A stretch of DNA of 13,987 nucleotides. Origin: Calditrichia bacterium (GTDB lineage: Bacteria; Calditrichota; Calditrichia; RBG-13-44-9). The stretch's first letter is position 1. Each line of letters starts with the position of its first letter. Under the pieces are notes generated by a model that was not told the origin of the DNA, ran no database searches, and worked only from the letters and a program-made list of their open reading frames with translations. This document shows, piece by piece, positions 6,811 to 13,987 of this stretch. The stretch lies in assembly GCA_037381445.1 (NCBI GenBank), contig JARRQT010000060.1, forward strand, positions 1 through 13,987, read 5' to 3'. A program made the translations under genes and the position numbers.

Positions 6811-9780
6811 ATGATGATTGAAAAAAGAATATCCCATTACAAAATTCTGGAAAAACTCGGCGAGGGCGGGATGGGGGTGGTATATAAAGCCCACGACACC
6901 CGGCTTGACCGCCTGGTGGCTTTAAAATTTCTGCCTCCTCACCTGACCCTGAGCGAAACGGACAAAATCCGCTTTCTGCAGGAAGCCCGGGCCGCGGCTG
7001 CGTTAAACCATCCCCATGTCTGTGTGGTCTATGAGATTGATGACCGCAGGGAGCAGCCTTTTATCGCGATGGAACTTATTGAAGGCATTACCCTGAGAGA
7101 AAAGCTGCAGGACGGGCCGCTCGATTTAAAAACTGTTATCAATTACGCGCTTCAGATTGCTGAAGCCCTGCAGGCGGCCCATGAGAAAGACATCGTTCAC
7201 CGGGACATCAAATCGGAAAATATCATGATCACCGGTTCCGGTCAGGCGAAGATTATGGACTTCGGATTGGCCAGGATACGGGGCGCCACCAGCCTCACCC
7301 GCAGTTCCAGTACCGTGGGGACGATTGCCTATATGCCACCGGAGCATCTCCAGGGCCGGGAAGTGGATGCCCGGTCTGACATTTTCTCTTTCGGTGTGGT
7401 TCTGTATGAGATGCTGACTGGAGAATTGCCGTTTAAGGGCGAGTACGACTCCGCCATGATGTATTCGATCCTCAATGAAGAACCCGAACCGGTGCAGAAA
7501 TACCGTCCTGGGTTAACATCCGAGTTTTTGCACATACTTGACCGGGCGCTGGAAAAAGACCCGGAGAACAGGTATCAGACTGTGCGCGACATGATGATAG
7601 ATTTGAAGCGTTTAAAAAGAGATACCGGCAGTCTTTCCCTTAATCCCCCTCCGGAAATTCCGGGTATGCAGAAACCCCAAATTAAAAACAGATCAAAAAA
7701 GCAATTGTGGATGGGTCTTTCCGCCCTGACGATCCTGCTGCTTACTGTTTTCTGGTTTCTTGGGCATAACCTGTCCGACAAGAACCCGCAAGTCTCTGCC
7801 GTGCAAGATAATTCCATAGCAGTTATGTATTTTGAAAACAAATCCATTGAAAAAGACTTCGGCAAAATTCTGGTGGAAATGCTGACTTCCAACCTGTCCC
7901 GCTGCAAACAGATCAATGTGGTGAGCAGTCAATACCTCTTTGATATTTTGAAGCGAATGAATCTGCAGGATGTCGAGGCGATTGACCGGAGCATTGCGAC
8001 GGACGTTGCCGTGAACGCCCGCGTTCAGTCCATGCTGCTGGGAAGCATCTATAATATTGGAGATAATCTGTTTGTAAACGCTCAGCTTTGCGATGTGCGC
8101 AGCGGAAAGGTCATCGGCGCCGCCCAGGCGCAGGGTTCGCGGGTTGATGATGTCTTTCAGATGGTTAACCGCCTTACCGAAGAAGTCATCGCGCTGATGA
8201 AGGTTTCCGAGACGGACGAGATTTTTCCGCTTAGAATAAATGATGTGACTACCCATTCCTTTGAAGCGTACAAACACTATCAAAAAGGAAGCGAACTGAT
8301 CCGACGCTGGAATTGGGAAGAAGGCCGCAAAGAATTTCAGAAGGCATTTCAGATCGATTCCACCTTTGCCATGGCGCATTGTGCTTTCGCATTTTCAACC
8401 GGAGTCTTTAAGATAAGCCCGCTGTCGGACCTGACGGCTGAGCGTGAATCGATGCGGTTGGCCAAAAAATATTCCCAAAAAGCCACAGCTATGGAGCGCA
8501 GCCTGATTGACCTTTTTTACTACTATGTTAATCGTGATTATGATGCTTATCTGCGCAAAGCCGAAGAACTTGCCAAGAATTATCCAAATGATAAAATGAT
8601 CCAGAATCATTTGGGATTCGCCAATTACGTTTTGGGGAATTACCCTCAGGCCATTCAGGCCTATGGCCGGGCACTGGAGATCGATCCGGAATTTGCCCTG
8701 GCACAAAATCTGATTGCGTACTGCTATTTATTAGGCGGAGAGAAGGAAAAAGCTTTTGCAGCAGCCAGGAATTACATCGCACTGCAGCCGGATGTGCAGA
8801 ATACTTACGACTCCGCATTTGAAATCTATTTAATGGCGGGTCGGTATGAGGATGCCCATCGAATTTGTGATGAGGCCCTGGCTGTAAATCCTACCTGGGA
8901 CAGCTTCCGGCAAAGCCAGAGTTATATTTATCTGTTTTCCGGGGAAGGAGAAAAGGCGCGTGAGATAAGCCGGAATCTCGCGGAAAGCGCCCCCTCCATG
9001 AAACTATTGCTTCAGGATGATCTTGGCTGTTTCGATATGTTTGAGGGCAGGTATAAGGAAGCAGCCGATGAGTTTCGGAAGGTCATCGACCTGGCCCGGC
9101 AGAGAAAAAATGACCCGGGGGAAATTCACGCCCGTCTGGTTATGGGGAAATTTTATGGAACAAGCGGTCATTTTTCAAAGGCCTATCAGGAATTCTCCAG
9201 CGTAAAAAGTTTATCTGAAAAAGTATATGGAACCTCTTATAACACCTGGCCGGTCAGGGCGGAATACTTTGCAGGAGTTACAGCGATCAATGAAGGAAAA
9301 TTCAGCAGGGCCCGGGAAGCCGCGGACTGGATCAGAAATTATGTTGAGGATAATAGCTACGACAGTGCCCTCTTGGATTTTTATTATCTGCTCCGGGCCG
9401 AGATTCATTTAAAGCTTAACGATTCCGCTGAAGCCCTGAGTATGCTTAATAAAGTCTCACACATATCCAGTATTTGGATGCCGCATTTTTATCGGTTGAA
9501 TGCGGATATAATGGCCTCGCAGGGCGAAATTGACAAGGCCTTGCAGGTTCAGCAAAGATTACATGATGACTGGAGGTTAACCGCCGCCGATTTTTTTGAT
9601 TATTTCCTGGAGCGTTCCATGTCGGACTACCACACCGCCAGGCTGTTTGAAAAGAAAGGAGAGATAAAACAGGCGGTTATCTATTACGAAAAAGCCCTGG
9701 AGCGATGGAAAAACGCGGATGACGATCTGCCTGCGCTGATCAATATCAAAGCCAGGCTGTCGGCCTTAAAAGGGATCTGA
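6811..9780 (+). CDS. Hanks-type Ser/Thr protein kinase with one TM helix, a TolB-N/FlgO-like domain and TPR repeats
   Basis: Intact kinase motifs LGEGGMGVVY, VALK, HRDIKSEN, DFGLA, GTIAYMPPE and DIFSFG. TM segment aa ~299-317 (7705-7761) follows the basic KNRSKK. Then SIAVMYFEN and TPR-like units such as NHLGFANYVLGNYPQAIQAYGRALEIDPEF. The start could be 6811 or 6814. Confidence 0.95.
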   Translation: MMIEKRISHYKILEKLGEGGMGVVYKAHDTRLDRLVALKFLPPHLTLSETDKIRFLQEARAAAALNHPHVCVVYEIDDRREQPFIAMELIEGITLREKLQDGPLDLKTVINYALQIAEALQAAHEKDIVHRDIKSENIMITGSGQAKIMDFGLARIRGATSLTRSSSTVGTIAYMPPEHLQGREVDARSDIFSFGVVLYEMLTGELPFKGEYDSAMMYSILNEEPEPVQKYRPGLTSEFLHILDRALEKDPENRYQTVRDMMIDLKRLKRDTGSLSLNPPPEIPGMQKPQIKNRSKKQLWMGLSALTILLLTVFWFLGHNLSDKNPQVSAVQDNSIAVMYFENKSIEKDFGKILVEMLTSNLSRCKQINVVSSQYLFDILKRMNLQDVEAIDRSIATDVAVNARVQSMLLGSIYNIGDNLFVNAQLCDVRSGKVIGAAQAQGSRVDDVFQMVNRLTEEVIALMKVSETDEIFPLRINDVTTHSFEAYKHYQKGSELIRRWNWEEGRKEFQKAFQIDSTFAMAHCAFAFSTGVFKISPLSDLTAERESMRLAKKYSQKATAMERSLIDLFYYYVNRDYDAYLRKAEELAKNYPNDKMIQNHLGFANYVLGNYPQAIQAYGRALEIDPEFALAQNLIAYCYLLGGEKEKAFAAARNYIALQPDVQNTYDSAFEIYLMAGRYEDAHRICDEALAVNPTWDSFRQSQSYIYLFSGEGEKAREISRNLAESAPSMKLLLQDDLGCFDMFEGRYKEAADEFRKVIDLARQRKNDPGEIHARLVMGKFYGTSGHFSKAYQEFSSVKSLSEKVYGTSYNTWPVRAEYFAGVTAINEGKFSRAREAADWIRNYVEDNSYDSALLDFYYLLRAEIHLKLNDSAEALSMLNKVSHISSIWMPHFYRLNADIMASQGEIDKALQVQQRLHDDWRLTAADFFDYFLERSMSDYHTARLFEKKGEIKQAVIYYEKALERWKNADDDLPALINIKARLSALKGI

Positions 9781-9782
9781 AT

Positions 9783-9900
9783 GGATGTGCGCGTAAATCA
9801 GGGTGTACTGCAAAATCCCCGGAGCGCTCCGCAAGGGAACGGCAATGCGTTTACGGCCTGCGATTTTCAGGTACAGGGATTTGATATTCGTAATTTTTTA
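9783..9900. other. Long imperfect inverted repeat with a central perfect 12-bp palindrome; possible terminator, structured RNA or REP-like element
   Basis: Pairings AAATC 9795-9799/GATTT 9878-9882, TGTAC 9804-9808/GTACA 9871-9875 and AAAATC 9812-9817/GATTTT 9862-9867. CGGAGCGCTCCG at 9820-9831. T-run at 9894-9899. Confidence 0.4.
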
Positions 9901-10015
9901 TTGAAACTGATGAAAGAAGTTTTGATGCAGCTCTGATTCTCGGCGGAAAACATTCAATGACAATCTGCCGGAAAAGCGAAGCCGTAAAATTGTAAACTAT
10001 GAAGGAGGTTCCAAA

Positions 10016-11251
10016 ATGAAAATTCTCTTCATCAGCGGTTCTCTCGGTCTGGGACATATAACCCGCGATTTAGCAATAGCGCAGGAGCTCAGACGGTCAA
10101 TCCCCGGGATCGAGATCTACTGGCTTGCCGCACACCCGGCTACCTTGGTGCTGGAAAATGCGGGGGAGAATATCCTGCCTGAGGCGTCGCAGTATTCAAA
10201 TGAGAATGTATTTGCCGAAAATTGCAGCGATGGAACAAGGCTGAATTTATTGAGCTACCTTTTTAAAGCGAAAAATGCTTGGAAAAAGAACGTCGAAGTC
10301 TACGCCGGGATTATGAACTCACAGAAATTTGACCTGGTTATTGGTGATGAAACCTACGAGATCAGCATTGCGCTGCGCAAGCAGCCGGAACTTAGGAAAT
10401 CTCCTTTTGTCATGATTTATGATTTTGTGGGACTTGATACCATGACCGGAAATCCGCTGGAAAAACTGGGTGTTTATTTCTGGAACCGGAAATGGGCACA
10501 GGGGACCACAAACAACAGCAAACCTGCTTCTTACTTATCGCTTTTTATTGGGGAACCGGAGGATATCCCGGATAAATCCTTCGGTTTTATGCTGCCCAAT
10601 CGCCGGGAATTTGCCAAAGCAAATTATAAATTTATCGGCCCTATTTTGCCCTTTGATCCCGAGGCCTATGTCGATCGGGCCGGCATTCGGAGAAAGCTCG
10701 GCTATGATTCAGAGCCGTTGGTTGTCGCTTCCATCGGAGGAACTTCCATTGGCAAAGGACTTCTGGAATTGTGCGGAAAAGCGTACCCCATGCTGCGCGA
10801 AAGCATCCCCTCCATACGCATGGTGCTGGTAACCGGTCCGCGCATCGCAAAAGATGCCTTGAGAGTCCCCAGGGAGGTAGAGGTGCGGCATTATATCCCG
10901 CGATTGTATGAACACTTTGCCGCGAGCGATCTAGCCATTATCCAGGGCGGGGGGACCTCGGTCCTGGAGCTGAGCGCCCTGAATCGGCCCTTTCTGTACT
11001 TCCCGCTGGAAGGCCATTGTGAACAGGCGAACGTTGCCAGAAATTTAAGGGAGCGCGGCTTAGGCATAGAGATGAAATTTTCGCATACTTCACCCGATTT
11101 GCTGGCAGAAAAGATCCTGGAATCGATAGGCTCTGAAGTTGATTACCCTGAAATAAAGGCGGATGGCGCGCAGAAGGCCGTCCGATATATCAGCAAGTTG
11201 CTGGAGAAGTACAGGAAGCCTGTCCTTGCAGAAGAACGCGTGATGTCATAA
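10016..11251 (+). CDS. GT-B fold glycosyltransferase (GT28 C-terminal/MurG-like signature), substrate unknown
   Basis: Motifs ISGSLGLGHITRDLAIA, DLVIGDE, VASIGGT and FAASDLAIIQGGGTSVLEL...PLEGHCEQANVA. Strong SD AAGGAGGT at 10002-10009. Confidence 0.88.
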   Translation: MKILFISGSLGLGHITRDLAIAQELRRSIPGIEIYWLAAHPATLVLENAGENILPEASQYSNENVFAENCSDGTRLNLLSYLFKAKNAWKKNVEVYAGIMNSQKFDLVIGDETYEISIALRKQPELRKSPFVMIYDFVGLDTMTGNPLEKLGVYFWNRKWAQGTTNNSKPASYLSLFIGEPEDIPDKSFGFMLPNRREFAKANYKFIGPILPFDPEAYVDRAGIRRKLGYDSEPLVVASIGGTSIGKGLLELCGKAYPMLRESIPSIRMVLVTGPRIAKDALRVPREVEVRHYIPRLYEHFAASDLAIIQGGGTSVLELSALNRPFLYFPLEGHCEQANVARNLRERGLGIEMKFSHTSPDLLAEKILESIGSEVDYPEIKADGAQKAVRYISKLLEKYRKPVLAEERVMS

Positions 11252-11356
11252 GCAAATCAAAAAATCAGGCTATTTAATTTAATGATAATCGCAAAATAAA
11301 TATATGTTTATAAAAGGAAAATAATGAATTATTAAAAAAAGAAAGGGAAATTTGTA

Positions 11357-12331
11357 ATGAGAATAATTATTGTGTTATTTGCGGCTGCATTTTTTATTCT
11401 GATTGCTTCCTGTTCCAAAACCGTTGACAGCACCGCCCGGAACAGGGTCGTCATCGACCGCTGGCTGGAGCTATGGAATACCGGCGATTTGTCAATCGCC
11501 GATGAGATTCTTGCACCCGGATTTGCGAGCCATATTCCCCATTTTTCACAAATAACCGATACGGGCAGCTACAAAGCGGAGATCGCCAGATCAGGCGACG
11601 AGATCCCGGATTTTCATGCGGTACTGGAGGATTTCATAACCAAAGGTGACAAGGCCGCGGGCCGCTTCACCGCAACCGGCACCGCGCAGGGCGTGCTGGC
11701 GGGCATGCCGGTGGACAGCACCCGCTACACCAATACCTGGATCGTGGTCTTCCGGTTTGCTGACGGGAAAATAGCGGAAGAGTGGTGGCAGTTTGATCTG
11801 CTGGGCGTGATGCAGCAGGTCGGCGCCATGCCGCCCATGCCGGAAGGTCCGCCCGCCATGCAGCGCACCGCCCCGGAAGATTTCGCCTGGAGCGCGCCTT
11901 CCCAGATAACGGGCGATTTGGGCAGCCCCGAATCGAATAAAGCGCTGGTTCTGCGGGTGTACAGGGCATGGAACTCGAAGAACGCTGATACGCTTCTGAC
12001 CACCCTGGATGAAATTTACGCTAAGGATTTTATCTATCATGATCCGGCCCGGCCCCACGTTACCGATCTTGCCGGTTACAAAAAATGGGTGGTTGAAGAA
12101 GTGCTGACGCCATTCCCGGATTTCACCATGCCGATGGAGGATATTTTTGCGGAAGGCGACAAGGTCGTGGACCGCTGGAAATTTACAGGTACTTTTAGTC
12201 CCTTCGGCAAACCGCTGACTCAAACCGGGACCAGCATCAGCCGCATCGCGGATGGAAAGATTGTGGAAGAGTGGTGCGACTTTGATATGCTGGGCACCGT
12301 GCAGCAATTGAAGGCCATGATGGAGCAGTAG
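11357..12331 (+). CDS. Predicted lipoprotein with two tandem SnoaL-like (ester cyclase / NTF2-fold) domains
   Basis: Signal peptide with lipobox I-A-S-C19. Two domains, each with PDF...ED....GDK...R...GT and ADGKIxEEW. Confidence 0.88.
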   Translation: MRIIIVLFAAAFFILIASCSKTVDSTARNRVVIDRWLELWNTGDLSIADEILAPGFASHIPHFSQITDTGSYKAEIARSGDEIPDFHAVLEDFITKGDKAAGRFTATGTAQGVLAGMPVDSTRYTNTWIVVFRFADGKIAEEWWQFDLLGVMQQVGAMPPMPEGPPAMQRTAPEDFAWSAPSQITGDLGSPESNKALVLRVYRAWNSKNADTLLTTLDEIYAKDFIYHDPARPHVTDLAGYKKWVVEEVLTPFPDFTMPMEDIFAEGDKVVDRWKFTGTFSPFGKPLTQTGTSISRIADGKIVEEWCDFDMLGTVQQLKAMMEQ

Positions 12332-12444
12332 GCGGGGCTGATCCGAATAGATAGGTGTCAATGAGGTTGGCAGATCGGGGTGGGATGGAAAAAGGTTAGT
12401 AATGAATTGCTCTAGTTCGAAATTACGCCAGAAAGGAGCACGTT

Positions 12445-12894
12445 ATGATTGGTGCGATTATCGCCAGAAAATCAATAGCCGGGGCTTTCCGCGCCTTAAA
12501 TCGACATGACCTTGCAGGGTTTATGTCAAATTGGGCAGATGATGCATGTTTTATTTATCCCGGTGATATCAGCGAAAGCGGTACCTTCATAGGGAGAAGT
12601 GAAGTAGAAAGATGGTTCGAAAATTTTTTTATACAGTTCCCCCGCATTGAATTCAGCATTCGGGACATATCAGTCCGTGATATTTTCGCCACCGGCGGCA
12701 GCAATGTGGTGGCCGTTCACTGGGACCTGGAACTCACCAATCGCGATGGCCGGAAAGGGGAAAACAGCGGAGTTACAGTGATTACCATTCGGAAAGGTAA
12801 AGTGGTTCAGGTGAAAGACTATATCTTCGATCTCGGCGAGAAATTCCGGTTAAACTGGAGTGCAAAATCGGAGGGAATGAATGCAAACCGTTGA
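12445..12894 (+). CDS. SnoaL-like / NTF2-family (ketosteroid isomerase-like) protein
   Basis: Motifs FRALNRHDL, WADDACFIYPG, GTFIGRSEVERWF and GKVVQVKDYIFD. SD AAGGAG at 12433-12438. Confidence 0.88.
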   Translation: MIGAIIARKSIAGAFRALNRHDLAGFMSNWADDACFIYPGDISESGTFIGRSEVERWFENFFIQFPRIEFSIRDISVRDIFATGGSNVVAVHWDLELTNRDGRKGENSGVTVITIRKGKVVQVKDYIFDLGEKFRLNWSAKSEGMNANR

Positions 12895-13777
12895 TGAAAT
12901 AAGATTTAAATTTATTTTTCTCTTCTCTTGCCTATTATTGATATTTTTACATCTTCAACATAAAGGATATGCACAGCAAAGTGACTTGCCACAGCCTGTT
13001 GCTGTATCTTTCAAAAGCGAAAGTTCGGAAATCCGCGGGTTGTTTTATCAATCAATGGGAGAGAAGCAGGCACCGACCGTGGTGCTGCTTCCCGGTTTCA
13101 CCGGCAGCAGGGGCGATCTGTTTGGTCTGGCCGGCAGGCTGAATGCGTCGGGAATCAATGCGCTGTTCTTCAATTACCGGGGCACCCGGGATAGCGAAGG
13201 GCTCTTTACACCCGATAATTCCGTGACAGATGCGGTCAACGCGATCCGTTATCTGAAATCGGAAAAAATCGCCCGGCAGTTTCATATCGATACCACCCGA
13301 ATTATCCTGCTGGGACATAGCTGGGGCGGCAGCGTGGCCCTGCTGGCATCGCTTCACTTCCCTTCCGTAAAAAAGATTGTCTCCATTGCCACCACAGACT
13401 TTAAGGTGTTCGCGGACCTGCTGGAAGAAAATGAGTCATTCAGAAAATGGCATCAGGATTATCTGGATAAAATCCTGTCTGACAGCACTTTGATGCGCGC
13501 CCCCGGCGGAAAGGAATCCCATGAATGGCTGATGGCCCACCGGGGCAATTACGATTTGCAGAAACGCGCCGGTAAGCTGGCGGATAAGCAGATTCTGCTG
13601 ATCGGCGGCTGGCTTGACCGGAAAGCGCCGGTGGAAGTGCATATGATCCCTTTTTATCGTGCGCTGCAAAGGAACGGGGCAGAAAATATCAGGATAAAAA
13701 TCTATGACACGGACCATTCCTTCCGGAATGTCCACGATCAGATATTCAAAGATGCCATTGAGTGGATAAGGAAATAA
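12881..13777 (+). CDS. Alpha/beta-hydrolase-fold enzyme (esterase/peptidase S9-like) with a predicted signal peptide
   Basis: Oxyanion region VLLPGF, FNYRGT.DSEG, nucleophile GHSWGG (Ser147), likely Asp in GGWLD and His in DTDHSF. Hydrophobic N-terminus ending GYA|QQ. Overlaps the upstream gene by 14 bp. Confidence 0.9.
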   Translation: MQTVDEIRFKFIFLFSCLLLIFLHLQHKGYAQQSDLPQPVAVSFKSESSEIRGLFYQSMGEKQAPTVVLLPGFTGSRGDLFGLAGRLNASGINALFFNYRGTRDSEGLFTPDNSVTDAVNAIRYLKSEKIARQFHIDTTRIILLGHSWGGSVALLASLHFPSVKKIVSIATTDFKVFADLLEENESFRKWHQDYLDKILSDSTLMRAPGGKESHEWLMAHRGNYDLQKRAGKLADKQILLIGGWLDRKAPVEVHMIPFYRALQRNGAENIRIKIYDTDHSFRNVHDQIFKDAIEWIRK

Positions 13778-13942
13778 CGGAAGCGAATTCATGATCGAAA
13801 TCCGAAAAAAATTGTTTGTATTAGAAAAATGGAGGAAATATCATAGGCCTAAAATTTTTTCAACTTGCAAACAGAAATTCTTCTGATTGAGGGCGGAGAT
13901 CATCATATCCGATTTCGGAAAAATGTTATCGTCCGCGTAATG

Positions 13943-13987
13943 CTACACTTCCCCCGCAAATAGAAAAGACAGCCTATTCAGGTAATC
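13943..13987 (-). CDS. Possible 3' end of a convergent gene entering from outside the window (...DYLNRLSFLFAGEV*)
   Basis: Only 14 sense codons plus TAG are visible on the - strand. This is too short to confirm. Confidence 0.2.
   Translation of the reverse strand, partial: DYLNRLSFLFAGEV

Noticed and set aside
11278..11296. Second Fur-box-like sequence TTTAATGATAATCGCAAAA
   Set aside because: Only 12/19 match, in very AT-rich DNA, and the right half-site is absent.
11591..12361. 256-aa antisense ORF, and the other minus-strand or nested ORFs in the track (e.g. 772-1260, 6149-6634, 7693-8379)
   Set aside because: They overlap well-supported + strand genes and show no recognisable motifs, as expected of shadow ORFs.
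1..13777. Integron cassette array (many small co-oriented genes from cassette-typical families)
   Set aside because: I found no recurring attC-like RYYYAAC...GTTRRRY sites after the stop codons. Several gaps are too short or the genes overlap, and there is no integrase.
13943..13987. YLNRLS on the - strand resembling the PduO adenosyltransferase motif YLNRLSD
   Set aside because: The conserved Asp is missing, the frame stops too soon after the motif, and only 14 residues are visible.

Overview
A bacterial accessory region with 13 protein-coding genes, all on the + strand. I found no rRNA, tRNA, CRISPR array, transposase or integrase. The genes fall into two blocks separated by a 470-bp AT-rich gap (3813-4282). 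Block 1 (1-3812) has six small genes, most from families typical of stress/xenobiotic-response clusters: a conserved unknown protein cut by the window edge, a RibD-C/DHFR-like reductase, a DinB-family protein, a small winged-helix-like protein, a two-domain PhnB-like VOC protein and a CatE-like VOC protein. Block 2 (4283-13777) runs AraC regulator, GT1-like glycosyltransferase, membrane Hanks Ser/Thr kinase with TPR ectodomain, second GT-B glycosyltransferase, tandem SnoaL lipoprotein, single SnoaL/NTF2 protein, and an exported alpha/beta hydrolase. The kinase type and the strong Shine-Dalgarno sites suggest a Calditrichota/KSB1/Ignavibacteria/Acidobacteria-like host (inference only). The best leads are a riboswitch-like structured leader (462-630) ahead of the RibD-C gene, the GT-kinase-GT module, and structured intergenic segments ahead of both glycosyltransferases. 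All family calls come from motif recognition by eye and all RNA pairings were traced by hand; no searches or folding programs were run.
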